NCBI GenBank assembly: GCA_963714895.1
Contig: CAVQQC010000009.1
Span: 26,172 to 90,171, forward strand
Direction: 5' to 3'
From: Candidatus Sulfomarinibacteraceae bacterium
Lineage (GTDB): Bacteria; Acidobacteriota; Thermoanaerobaculia; Thermoanaerobaculales; Sulfomarinibacteraceae
Length of the DNA: 64,000 bases
Below, one piece after another: positions 45,939 to 55,282 of the stretch. The notes below the pieces were generated by a model that was given only the letters and a program-made list of their open reading frames with translations, searched no databases and was not told where the DNA came from. Numbering within the stretch: the first letter of the stretch is position 1; each line of letters starts with the position of its first letter. Made by a program: the position numbers and the translations under genes.

Positions 45939-47195
45939 CTAAGGATTGCCGAGCCGCTTGCGGCGGTTGCGGTCGATTTCCCGCGACGCCTTCAAACCCC
46001 GGTGGCGGAGCGAGAACCAGACCAGCCGCTTGCGATCCATGACCGAGAATCGTTGACCGTAGCGCGCGAGGGCGCGGCGATCGATCTCAAACCCGAGACC
46101 GGGTGCCGTCGGCGTCTGGAGGGTGCCTCCCGCATTTTCAAAGGGCTCCTCGAGAATGCCGTCGCGGGCGGCAACGGTCCAGCCGGGCGGGGCCAGTGGG
46201 TATTCGAGTTCGCGTTCGGAAGCGAAACCGCTGGCTGCGAAGAGTTGGAGGTTGACGGCGAACCCGATGCCGTTGGTCCAGGTGTGGGGCGAGTAGCCGA
46301 GCCCGTGCTCGCGGCACAGCCGCGCAACCTCGATCGTTTGCGCGATGCCGCCCGTGAATATTGCATCGGGCTGGAAGATGTCGTAGCAGCGCCTTTCGAT
46401 CATCGTCCTGAGTTCGGGCAGACCGGAGCTGTGGAGCTCGCCGCCGGCGATCGGCACCCGGCTGTAGTCGGTGAGCGCCGTCAGGTCTACGTATCCGTCC
46501 ATGGCCAACGGCTCCTCGATCCACGCAACGCCGGCGTCGGCGCAGGCATCAGCGAACCGCTTGGCGCGGTCGAGGTCCCACGCGGGCGCGTCGGCGACGA
46601 TGGTCACCCGCCACCCCTGGTTGGCGTCGACTGCGATCTGCATGCGGTCGCCGACCGCGGCCGCGGTCTCGGTCACCTGCCGGATATCCACCGCCTCGTC
46701 GTGGTCGTGCACCCGCAATTTGACGGTGCGGAAGCCCTCGGCGTAGCGCGCCTCCACTTCGTCGATACGGGCCGCCGAGTCCTTGACTTCTCCGGTGGAG
46801 GCGTAGAGTCGGATCGTGCCCGGCTCGCCGCCGAGCAGTTTGTACACCGGCTTGGCCTCGATCTTGCCCTTGATGTCCCAGAAGGCGGGCTCGATCCACC
46901 AGTTGCGCCACCCGAGGTAGGCGATTTCGCGCAAGCGCTGCTGAATCAAGGAAATATCAGTGGCATCTTCGCCCAACAGGTAGGGCCCGAGCAGGTCGCC
47001 GAGACCGGCGCGCTCACGGCCGATGGCGGGGCCGGCGCTGAAACCCTCGACGCCGTCTTCGGTGGTGATCTTGACCAGCGTGAACCTATTTTCGTTGGCT
47101 GGCATCCCGGGGATCCACGCCGGCCGGAAGGTCGCCGGCAGCGGAATCGCGACGTGGTAGAGCTCGACCCTGGCAACGCGGTGTGGTGTGCTCAT
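45939..47195 (-). CDS. enolase-superfamily enzyme (mandelate racemase / muconate lactonizing enzyme family)
   Basis: N-terminal capping domain, FRTVKLRV, VDANQGW and WIEEP metal-ligand-type motifs. Confidence 0.8.
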   Translation of the reverse strand: MSTPHRVARVELYHVAIPLPATFRPAWIPGMPANENRFTLVKITTEDGVEGFSAGPAIGRERAGLGDLLGPYLLGEDATDISLIQQRLREIAYLGWRNWWIEPAFWDIKGKIEAKPVYKLLGGEPGTIRLYASTGEVKDSAARIDEVEARYAEGFRTVKLRVHDHDEAVDIRQVTETAAAVGDRMQIAVDANQGWRVTIVADAPAWDLDRAKRFADACADAGVAWIEEPLAMDGYVDLTALTDYSRVPIAGGELHSSGLPELRTMIERRCYDIFQPDAIFTGGIAQTIEVARLCREHGLGYSPHTWTNGIGFAVNLQLFAASGFASERELEYPLAPPGWTVAARDGILEEPFENAGGTLQTPTAPGLGFEIDRRALARYGQRFSVMDRKRLVWFSLRHRGLKASREIDRNRRKRLGNP

Positions 47196-47287
47196 GGAGC
47201 AACCTTATCACCGAGTCGACGCCGGCAAGAAAACCGGTGGCCTACAATGGGCCGGTTCATGTTCTGACCGCGCAAAGGGGTGTTTTC

Positions 47288-48136
47288 ATGACCCAGGATT
47301 TCAGTCGATTCTCGGGCACGCCGAGCTACATCACGTCACCCGAGCTGCGCCACGCGGTCAATGTGGCGTTGGCCATCGAACGCCCGCTGCTGGTTCGGGG
47401 TGAGCCCGGGACCGGCAAGACCCTGCTGGCCCGGGCAGTCGCCGAGGACCTCGGAGTGGAGCTGCTGTCGTGGAACGTCAAATCCACGTCCAAAGCCGCG
47501 GAGGGACTCTACGTCTACGACACGGTGCAGCGTTTGCAGGACAGCCGCTTCGGCGACCACGATGTTTCCGACATCCGCCAGTACATCAAACTCGGCCCGC
47601 TGGGCCGCGCGCTGACCAGCGAGGAGCAGGTCGTCCTCCTGATCGACGAGATTGACAAGGCGGACCTCGAGTTTCCCAACGATCTCCTCCACGAGCTCGA
47701 CGTCATGGAGTTCACCGTTACCGAAACCGGCGACAGCCACCTGGCGACCCGAAGGCCGCTGGTGGTGATCACCTCGAATGCCGAAAAGGAATTGCCCGAT
47801 CCCTTCCTGCGGCGCTGCATCTTCCATTACATCGAATTTCCCGGCGAGAAACTGATGACCGAGATCGTGCGCGTCCACTTTCCTGACATCGGCGACTCGC
47901 TGCTCGAACAGTGTCTGGCCCGGTTCTACTGGCTGCGCGAGATCAAGGGCGTGCGCAAGCGGCCGTCCACCTCGGAGCTGGTGGACTGGATCGGCGCTCT
48001 CCTGGCGGCCGGTGTGCAGCGGGGGCAGTTGGCGGACGCGATTCCCTTCCTCGGCGCCCTGGTCAAGAAGGAAGAGGACACCGAGGCGGTGGCCAAGGCC
48101 GGTGCCGCCGGCCGCTGGCCGAAAGACAATGGCTGA
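47288..48136 (+). CDS. MoxR-like AAA+ ATPase
   Basis: ATG 47288. Walker A GEPGTGKT, Walker B LLIDEIDKA, and PDPFLRRC sensor region. Confidence 0.85.
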   Translation: MTQDFSRFSGTPSYITSPELRHAVNVALAIERPLLVRGEPGTGKTLLARAVAEDLGVELLSWNVKSTSKAAEGLYVYDTVQRLQDSRFGDHDVSDIRQYIKLGPLGRALTSEEQVVLLIDEIDKADLEFPNDLLHELDVMEFTVTETGDSHLATRRPLVVITSNAEKELPDPFLRRCIFHYIEFPGEKLMTEIVRVHFPDIGDSLLEQCLARFYWLREIKGVRKRPSTSELVDWIGALLAAGVQRGQLADAIPFLGALVKKEEDTEAVAKAGAAGRWPKDNG

Positions 48137-49337
48137 GACCACTCCCGCTACCGATCACACCGGCATCTTCCTGCCCTTCTTCTATCGCCTGCGGGCGCAC
48201 GGGCTCAAGGTCACGCCCCAGCAGTGGCTGACCCTCACCGAAGGCCTCGCGAGGGGGCTTCACGTCTCGTCATTGGTCGGTTTCTATTCGCTGGCGCGCG
48301 GCATCATGGTGCGCGACGAGTCGGAGCTCGACGATTTCGATCTTTGTTTCGCGGCCCATTTCGAGGGCGCTTCCTCTGCGGTGGCGGAGATCGAGAACGA
48401 GGTCTGGGAGTGGCTCTCAAGCCCGGTGGCCCCCGCCGCCATCGACCCTGAGTGGCGCAGGATGCTGGATGCCGTGGATGTCGATCTGCTGCGCGCGGAG
48501 TTCGAAAAGAGACTCGACGAGCAGAGCGAACGTCACGACGGCGGCAATCACTGGATCGGCACCGGCGGGACCTCGGCCTTCGGCCACTCGGGCGACCACC
48601 CCGGCGGTCTCCGGGTCGGCGGCGACCACGGCGCCGGGACGGCCGTCCAGGTGGCGGCCGAACGGCGATTTCAAGAACACCGCAAGGACCTGGTGCTCGA
48701 CACCCGGCAGCTGGGTGTGGCCCTCAAGAAACTGCGGGCTCTCGAGCGGGTGGGCCCGGTTGACGAACTCGATGTCGAAGACACCATCGACCGCACGGCA
48801 CGTGAGGGAGGTGAGCTCGAACTGGTGTTCCGGCGGCCGAGGGAGAACCGGCTGGCCCTGGTCCTGGCGATGGACATCGGCGGCTCCATGTGGCCTTTCA
48901 AGGAGATGGTTGACACCCTCTTTTCGGCCGCCCACCAGGCGCGCCACTTCAAACACTTCGACCACGTCTACTTTCACAACTGCATTTACGAGAGGGTCTA
49001 CGGCAACGCCAGGTTTTCGGAGAAGATCCCCCTCGCCGACTTTTTCCGCCGTTTCGACCGCGAGACCCGGCTTGTGTTGGTGGGCGACGCCTACATGTAC
49101 CCGGGGGAGATCACCGATCGTTTCGGCGCGGTCGACTGGACCGAACGCAACGAACGGCCCGGTGAGGACTACCTCAAACGTATCCGCGAGCACTTCAAAC
49201 ATGCGGCGTGGCTCAACCCGATGCAGGAAGGCTCGTGGTCGGCGCCCTCCATCCGGTTGATCAAGCGGGTCTTCCCGATGTACCCGCTCACGGTGCAGGG
49301 CGTGGAAGAGCTGGCACGAGACCTTTCGAGAGGTTGA
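48129..49337 (+). CDS. VWA-domain protein, CoxE-like partner of the MoxR ATPase
   Basis: ATGGCTGA start/stop overlap with the ATPase gene. C-terminal VWA-like LVLAMDIGGSM (MIDAS-type DxGxS). Confidence 0.75.
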   Translation: MAETTPATDHTGIFLPFFYRLRAHGLKVTPQQWLTLTEGLARGLHVSSLVGFYSLARGIMVRDESELDDFDLCFAAHFEGASSAVAEIENEVWEWLSSPVAPAAIDPEWRRMLDAVDVDLLRAEFEKRLDEQSERHDGGNHWIGTGGTSAFGHSGDHPGGLRVGGDHGAGTAVQVAAERRFQEHRKDLVLDTRQLGVALKKLRALERVGPVDELDVEDTIDRTAREGGELELVFRRPRENRLALVLAMDIGGSMWPFKEMVDTLFSAAHQARHFKHFDHVYFHNCIYERVYGNARFSEKIPLADFFRRFDRETRLVLVGDAYMYPGEITDRFGAVDWTERNERPGEDYLKRIREHFKHAAWLNPMQEGSWSAPSIRLIKRVFPMYPLTVQGVEELARDLSRG

Positions 49338-49349
49338 TCTCTGGTTGAT

Positions 49350-49379
49350 TTGAACAAATCCGCATGACTTCGCTATATT
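49350..49379 (+). promoter_or_regulatory. candidate sigma70-type promoter
   Basis: TTGAAC, 18-nt spacer, TATATT. Lies 23 nt upstream of ATG 49402. By-eye match only. Confidence 0.35.
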
Positions 49380-49401
49380 GGGGCCGGAAAAATCCTCAAG
49401 T

Positions 49402-50115
49402 ATGCGAGTTCTCGTCCTGCAATCTCGCTTCATGTCCGACCCGATGCTCGAGCACGAGCGCGGGTGCTTCGTCGCGGCCACTCGCCGCAGCCGCAGAGAA
49501 CTGCATTTCCGCAACGTGGTGACCGGGTTGCCGAAGCCGGCCGAAATCGCGACCTTTGATGCGCTGATCATCGGCGGGTCGGGTGACTTCTCGGTAGCCG
49601 AGCGCGACCAGCCGTTTTTCGGCCCGATGGCCGATCTGCTGAAGTGGGTCGTCGATCGCGGCTTCCCCACCTTCGGTTGCTGTTTCGGATACCAGCTGCT
49701 GGTCGACGCCATGGGCGGGAGGATCGTCCGGGATCCCGGAAACGCCGAACTCGGTACGGTCGAAGTCGAGCTGACGGACCAAGGCGTTGCCGACCCGCTC
49801 TTCGGCCAGCTGCCGCGCCGTTTCCATGCCCAGATGGGGCACTTCGATCGGGCAACCGTGCTGCCAAAGGGAGTCCCGAATCTGGCGATGAGTGAGAACT
49901 GCCCCCACCAGGCGCTGCGGGTGCCGGGAGCGCCGATCTGGGCGACCCAGTTCCACCCCGAACTCGACCAGCAGGGCAACCGCGACCGCTGCGTGGCCTA
50001 TATCGATCAATTCGAAACACTCGAGGGCTATCAGGCCCTGCCGAGCCCGGATGCCTTGAGCATCTTGCCGCGGTTCCTGGATCTCGTCGGCGACTTTCAA
50101 GCCTGGCCGATTTGA
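49402..50115 (+). CDS. class I glutamine amidotransferase-like protein
   Basis: ATG 49402. GCCFGYQLL nucleophile elbow and QFHPE motif. Confidence 0.8.
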   Translation: MRVLVLQSRFMSDPMLEHERGCFVAATRRSRRELHFRNVVTGLPKPAEIATFDALIIGGSGDFSVAERDQPFFGPMADLLKWVVDRGFPTFGCCFGYQLLVDAMGGRIVRDPGNAELGTVEVELTDQGVADPLFGQLPRRFHAQMGHFDRATVLPKGVPNLAMSENCPHQALRVPGAPIWATQFHPELDQQGNRDRCVAYIDQFETLEGYQALPSPDALSILPRFLDLVGDFQAWPI

Positions 50116-50483
50116 ATCTTCCGGGTATAATTTCCGAGAACAATTCTCAACAGTTGCCGGAGGCGGTGGTCACGACGTTCGAGCATCTCAACGGAAACGT
50201 CTACGTGCCCATGCAGGGGACGGGCGAGCTCGGCGCCGGAGGCGTCCTCGCGCAATGGGATCGCACCGCCGACCTGTCGCGGATCGAGGTGCCGACCCTG
50301 GTCATCGACTCCCGTTACGACACCATGGATCCCGCCCACATGGAATGGATGGCCGGTGAGTTCCCGAACGGCGAGTACCTCTACTGTCCCGACGGCAGCC
50401 ACTTGTCCATGTGCGATGACCAGGAGGTCTACATGGAGGGTCTGATCCGCTTCATTCGTGCGGTGGACCTGGCATCCCTCTGA
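50112..50483 (+). pseudogene. C-terminal fragment of a proline-iminopeptidase-type alpha/beta hydrolase
   Basis: Only about 110 aa of C-terminal text are present (WDRTADLSRIEVPTLVIDSRYDTMDP...CPDGSHLSMCDDQEVYMEGLIRFI). The nucleophile elbow is absent. The ORF starts on a non-ATG codon overlapping the previous stop. Confidence 0.6.
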
Positions 50484-50533
50484 TCCGAACCGGGCTCACC
50501 GCTTTTTTTGAGACAGAGAAATCCAGAACGCTC

Positions 50534-50547
50534 TTGACCTTGGTCAA
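50534..50547. promoter_or_regulatory. FNR/CRP-family-type palindrome
   Basis: TTGACCTTGGTCAA fits TTGA-N6-TCAA. Lies 115 nt upstream of the cytochrome c start. cAttcT at 50570..50575 would fit a -41.5 class II geometry. Confidence 0.5.
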
Positions 50548-50661
50548 TGTGTTCCGGCACAGTGGGGCGCATTCTAGTGGCCAGGTTGTGAGATACCAGG
50601 ATAGCTGATGGGTCCGGGGAGCGACCGAGAGGGCCGGCCCGAGGTCAGTATGTGAGGTTTG

Positions 50662-51375
50662 ATGGATCATCACTCTGAGACCACGAACGCCGATGAAGCC
50701 GGCAAGCGAAGCCTCCTGCCCGGTTCGTCTTCGCTGGCGCTGTTGCTGATCGTCTTTCTGGCGATTTCCCTGCTGACGCTGTTTACCATCGTCAAGGGTG
50801 GAATGGGCCATGTGGCCGACGACGCCGGCGGCAGACGCGCCTATTCGCCGGCTGACTTTCCCGAAATCGAATTCGACCGCGAACTGCTGCCGGAGGTCGA
50901 GGCCGGCGCGACCTCCGATCCCGAGGGGACCTACCGGGTGCGACAGCCGTTGGCCTACGAGGATTACTTCCCCTGCAGCGACTGCCACGGTGACATGGAG
51001 GTCAACTTCGAACGCCGCGAGCTCGAGGAGATGCACGACGACATCGTGCTCAACCACGGGCCCAAGGAGCGCTGGTGTTTCGACTGTCACAGCCCAGACG
51101 ATCGCGATGCCCTGAGGCTCGCCAACGGGACGCTGATTCCCTTCGAGGAATCGTATCGCCTGTGCGGCCAGTGCCACGGCACGATCTACCGCGATTGGCG
51201 GCAGGGCATCCACGGGCGCCGCGAGGGCTACTGGAACGGCGCCAAGAGCTATCTCCTGTGCGCCCACTGCCACAACCCGCACTCGCCGAAATTTCAACCG
51301 ATCGAACCGCTGCCGCCGCCGGTGCGGCCGCAGTTTCTGAATGTGTCGAAGGAAGCGGAGGGAAACGATGAGTGA
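50662..51375 (+). CDS. membrane-anchored tetrahaem c-type cytochrome
   Basis: N-terminal TM helix. Four CxxCH motifs: CSDCH, CFDCH, CGQCH and CAHCH. Confidence 0.85.
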   Translation: MDHHSETTNADEAGKRSLLPGSSSLALLLIVFLAISLLTLFTIVKGGMGHVADDAGGRRAYSPADFPEIEFDRELLPEVEAGATSDPEGTYRVRQPLAYEDYFPCSDCHGDMEVNFERRELEEMHDDIVLNHGPKERWCFDCHSPDDRDALRLANGTLIPFEESYRLCGQCHGTIYRDWRQGIHGRREGYWNGAKSYLLCAHCHNPHSPKFQPIEPLPPPVRPQFLNVSKEAEGNDE

Positions 51376-52294
51376 TGAACCCCGGCGGCCGAAGACCGAC
51401 GACCGGGAGGTCGACCGGCGGTCCCTGCTGGTCAGCGGCGGTCTGGCCACCATGGCCGCGGTGTCCGCCGCGGCCGCGGGCTCGTCGTCGAGTTTCGTGG
51501 AACGGATGCTGCGCAAGAGATTCGTCGAGCTCGGCCCCGAGCGCAAAGCGGAGATCCTGGCCGACCTCGAACGGGAATATAGCGAGCGCTACGGGCGGGA
51601 GGTGACGGTTTCCGACACGCCGCCGATGGACGGCGTGGAGTTCGGTTATGGGCTCGATATCGCCCGTTGCATCGGCTGCCGGCGGTGCGTCTACGGGTGC
51701 GTCCACGAAAACAACCAGAGCCGCGATCCTCAGATCCAGTGGATCAGGGTCTTGCGGATGGAGAAGGAGCAGGGGATCGAGCTCGCCGAGTCCACCGCCT
51801 ACTACGAGCCTGCGGAGGTCCCCGAACCGGACGCCTTCTACCTGCCGGTGGCGTGCCAGCAGTGCCGCAACCCGGCCTGTGTCAAGGTGTGCCCGGTGAA
51901 GGCCACCTGGCAGGAGACCGATGGCATCGTCGTCATCGATCCGGATTGGTGCATCGGCTGCCGTTGTTGCATGTCTGCGTGTCCATATGGGGCGCGCCAC
52001 TTCAACTGGAGGGAACCGACGATCCCGGACGCGGAGCTCAACCCCGACATGCACTACCTCGGCAATCGGCCGCGCCCGAAGGGGGTCGTGGAGAAATGCA
52101 CCTTCTGCATCCAACGCACGCGCGTGGGCCGGTATCCGGCCTGCGTGGAGATCTGTCCGGTCGGGGCGAGGAAGTTCGGCAACCTGCTCGACGAGCAGTC
52201 GGAAATGCGGTACCTCCTGCGCGAGAAACGGGTGTTCGTGCTCAAGGAGGAGCTCAACACCCGGCCGCGTTTCTACTACTTCTACGCGACGTGA
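51368..52294 (+). CDS. Tat-exported 4x[4Fe-4S] ferredoxin subunit (NrfC/PsrB/DmsB-like)
   Basis: ATG 51368 overlaps the cytochrome stop. Twin-arginine DRRSLLVSGG. Cys clusters CIGCRRCVYGC, CQQCRNPACVKVCP, CIGCRCCMSACP and CTFC...CVEICP. Confidence 0.9.
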   Translation: MSDEPRRPKTDDREVDRRSLLVSGGLATMAAVSAAAAGSSSSFVERMLRKRFVELGPERKAEILADLEREYSERYGREVTVSDTPPMDGVEFGYGLDIARCIGCRRCVYGCVHENNQSRDPQIQWIRVLRMEKEQGIELAESTAYYEPAEVPEPDAFYLPVACQQCRNPACVKVCPVKATWQETDGIVVIDPDWCIGCRCCMSACPYGARHFNWREPTIPDAELNPDMHYLGNRPRPKGVVEKCTFCIQRTRVGRYPACVEICPVGARKFGNLLDEQSEMRYLLREKRVFVLKEELNTRPRFYYFYAT

Positions 52295-52298
52295 TCCC

Positions 52299-53540
52299 AT
52301 GCTGAAAAACATTTTCGACTTCGTCACCGGATCGGCCCGCCTGGTTGCGCGCGGCAATCGCTGGTACTTCGCGTGGGTCGGTCTGCTCGGCATGCTGGTC
52401 GTGTGGGGCGCCACTGCCTGGTGGCAGCAGGTCACGGGCGGCCTCATCATCACCAACATGCGCGACCAGGTGTCGTGGGCCTTCTACATCGGCAACTTCA
52501 CGTTTCTGGTCGGCGTCGCGGCGGCCGCGGTCATGCTGGTGATCCCGGCCTACATCTACAACTGGAAACCGATCAAGGAGATTGCCATCTTCGGCGAGCT
52601 GCTGGCGGTTTCGGCGATCGTGATGTGCATGCTCTTCGTGCTGGTGGATGTCGGACGGCCCGATAGGGTGTGGCACCTGATCCCGTTCGTCGGCAGCCTC
52701 AACCTGCCGACGTCTCTCCTCGGTTGGGACGTGCTGGTGCTCAACCTGTATCTCGTGCTCAATTTGTTGATCGTCGTCCACCTGCTCTACACGGCCTTTC
52801 ACCACCGCCCCTACCGCCGGAACTTCGTCGTCCCGCTGTTGCTGTTCTCGATCCCGGCCGCGGTGGGAATCCACACGGTCACCGCGTTTGTCTACGCCGG
52901 CACCGCGGCGCGGCCGTTCTGGAATGCGGCCATCCTCGCGCCGCGTTTTCTCGCCTCGGCCTTCTGCTCCGGCCCGGCGATTCTCCTGATCCTCTTCCAG
53001 ATCCTGCGCAAGACGACGTCGATCGAGATCAAGGACGAGGCGATCTGGAAGATCGCCGAGCTCATGGCCTACGCCATGTTTCTCAACCTCTTTCTGTTCG
53101 GGGCCGAGATCTTCAAGGAGTACTACTCCGACACCCACCACCTCATCCACACCCAGTACCTCTACAGTGGGGTCCACGGCCACGACGCGCTGGTGCCCTA
53201 CGCCTGGGGGTCGTTGGCGTGCAGCGTGATCGCATTTCTGCTCTTTTTGATCCCGGCGACCCGCCGCAACTTCGTGACCCTCAATTTAGGGTGTCTGCTG
53301 ATCTACACGGGTGTCTACATCGAAAAGGGGATGGCGCTGGTGATTCCCGGGATGACTCCCGACACCCTGGGCGAATTCTACGAGTATGTGCCGACGCTCA
53401 GCGAGGTTCGGGTGGGGGCGGGGATCTTCGCCGTCGGCTTCCTGATCTTCACCCTGCTGTGCAAGATCGCGATACCGATTCTCCAGGACTCACCGGCTTC
53501 AGGCCACGATGGTGCTCAGCCGGAGACCTTGCGCTCCTGA
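52299..53540 (+). CDS. NrfD/PsrC-family quinone-interacting integral membrane subunit
   Basis: ATG 52299 is 4 nt after the FeS-subunit stop. 413 aa with about 10 TM helices. Lies within the longer listed ORF 51921..53540. Confidence 0.85.
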   Translation: MLKNIFDFVTGSARLVARGNRWYFAWVGLLGMLVVWGATAWWQQVTGGLIITNMRDQVSWAFYIGNFTFLVGVAAAAVMLVIPAYIYNWKPIKEIAIFGELLAVSAIVMCMLFVLVDVGRPDRVWHLIPFVGSLNLPTSLLGWDVLVLNLYLVLNLLIVVHLLYTAFHHRPYRRNFVVPLLLFSIPAAVGIHTVTAFVYAGTAARPFWNAAILAPRFLASAFCSGPAILLILFQILRKTTSIEIKDEAIWKIAELMAYAMFLNLFLFGAEIFKEYYSDTHHLIHTQYLYSGVHGHDALVPYAWGSLACSVIAFLLFLIPATRRNFVTLNLGCLLIYTGVYIEKGMALVIPGMTPDTLGEFYEYVPTLSEVRVGAGIFAVGFLIFTLLCKIAIPILQDSPASGHDGAQPETLRS

Positions 53541-55057
53541 CTGAGTGAACGCAGGGCGTCGACGGGGCGCCGGTCGGGCGCCATCGGCTTCAAGGCCCGT
53601 TTGAGGAAGACCTCTGCCTCATCGAGGCGGCCGACCTGCCTCAGGATCTCGCCGGTGTAGTAGAGGGCCAACCCGCACTGCGGGTCGAGGCGGATCGCTT
53701 CGCTCAACTCTTCGGCGGCGGCCTTGGCATTGGCTTCGGGGTCGAGCCTGAACCTGCAGAATGCGAACTCCGACCGGTAGAGGGCGTTTTGCGGGTTGAG
53801 ATCGGCAGCAAACTCGAGTTGATTCAGCGCCCTCGTCAGGTCCCCGGACTTCGCCAACTGGACGCCCTCCTGGAACTGCTTCTCGGCATCCAGGAGGTCG
53901 GTTTCGACCCGGAACTGGTTGGTGATCGTCGCTTTCGGCGCACTCGCCGGCACCTTCTTGCGCTCCTTGATGAGGGTGCTGCGGCGGTCGGGATCGCACA
54001 GGTGGGCGTACGCTCGGGCCCCCGCAAGGAAGACGTCGCGAGCCTTTTCGGCCAGGTTCTCCTCGTACCGCCACGGCGCGAACTTCTCCGCGAATGTGAG
54101 AAAACACAGGTGGGCGGTGGTGGTCGCCCGGTCGGGATCGACGCCGAGAAGGTCGAACGGGTCCCTGCGCCGGTGGTTGAGGATCAGCTCCATCAGCTCC
54201 GAACGCACCTCTTCGGGGACGCCGGTCGCCGGTGGTCGGGTCGGCGGTGCGGGCGCGGCCTCCGCTTTTCGTTGCGGCGGCGCCGCTGCCTTGGTCTCGA
54301 CCGGTTTCGGTACCTGGTCGGCCGGCACCACCAACTCGATCAGGGTCAAGGCGTACAACGACCTGGTCAGGTCCTGATAGGCGATGCCGGTGGCCGACGC
54401 GAGCTCGTCGATCCTCATGGCCTTGGCCTGGAGGGCCTCCATAAGGGGTTTGTGGACAGGGGGGAGCTTGATCTCTTCCAGCGAAAAGACGGGTTTCGGG
54501 TTGACCGCCAACGGGGTGCCGATCAGCGGCGCGATGGACCCGTCGATCTGCTCCTGGGTCGCGAAACGGCTGACACCGATCAGCACGAGCTGGACAACGT
54601 TGACCTTGAGAGGCGAGTCGAGGTCCGGCGACGAGACGGTCAAACGGTACGACCCGTCGCGCCACGAAAATCCGTCCAGGAGCTTGTGGGCGAGGTTCTG
54701 CTGCAGGATCTTGATGAGTTCCTCGGCCGTGACGAGCTCTCTCTCGAGCAACACATCGCCGAATCGGACCGAACGAGCCACCGATTCCCTGAATGCGTCG
54801 GCGGCGGTGGCCTCATCGAGGCGGCCGGTACTGACCATGAAACGGCTCAGGGTCTCGTGGACGAGATTCGATCTGCAGTCCACCGGGACGCCGTCTTCGA
54901 GGAAGATCTCTTTGTGCAGCGGTCCGCGGCGGATCTGGATGGAGACCGTACGGCGGGCGCGCGCCAGTGCGTAGAGGAGCACTGCAAACGGTATCTTGGA
55001 GAGGTCACCCTCCTGGGTTCTTGCGACGGAGTCGAGTTCGGTTGAACGGAGTGTCAT
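53516..55057 (-). CDS. DUF4388-like N-domain / degenerate J-like domain / C-terminal TPR protein
   Basis: GDLSKIPFAVLLYALARARRTVSIQIRRG (DUF4388-like). DPFDLLGVDPDRAT (J-like, no HPD seen). TPR-like helices at the C-terminus. Confidence 0.65.
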   Translation of the reverse strand: MTLRSTELDSVARTQEGDLSKIPFAVLLYALARARRTVSIQIRRGPLHKEIFLEDGVPVDCRSNLVHETLSRFMVSTGRLDEATAADAFRESVARSVRFGDVLLERELVTAEELIKILQQNLAHKLLDGFSWRDGSYRLTVSSPDLDSPLKVNVVQLVLIGVSRFATQEQIDGSIAPLIGTPLAVNPKPVFSLEEIKLPPVHKPLMEALQAKAMRIDELASATGIAYQDLTRSLYALTLIELVVPADQVPKPVETKAAAPPQRKAEAAPAPPTRPPATGVPEEVRSELMELILNHRRRDPFDLLGVDPDRATTTAHLCFLTFAEKFAPWRYEENLAEKARDVFLAGARAYAHLCDPDRRSTLIKERKKVPASAPKATITNQFRVETDLLDAEKQFQEGVQLAKSGDLTRALNQLEFAADLNPQNALYRSEFAFCRFRLDPEANAKAAAEELSEAIRLDPQCGLALYYTGEILRQVGRLDEAEVFLKRALKPMAPDRRPVDALRSLSQERKVSG

Positions 55058-55282
55058 CTTGTCCCCGGTGAGGATTGCGGGCGAAGCGTCGCCAAGCCTG
55101 AGACCATTCTACGGCAGTGCGTCTGCCGATCGAAGGCTACGGTCGATTCTCGGATTCGATTTCGATTATGGACCGGGCGTTGACACGCGGGATTGCACGG
55201 GGAAGAGAGCCAGATTTCGGGGAAACAAAAGGGGCCTGCCATCGGTTGGGTAAGGCAGAAGCTCGGACAGAGGGAGGAGCGT

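Noticed and set aside
50484-50510. Terminator after the iminopeptidase fragment (T7 run at 50503..50509)
   Set aside because: The preceding sequence forms at best a 3-4 bp stem, which is not convincing.
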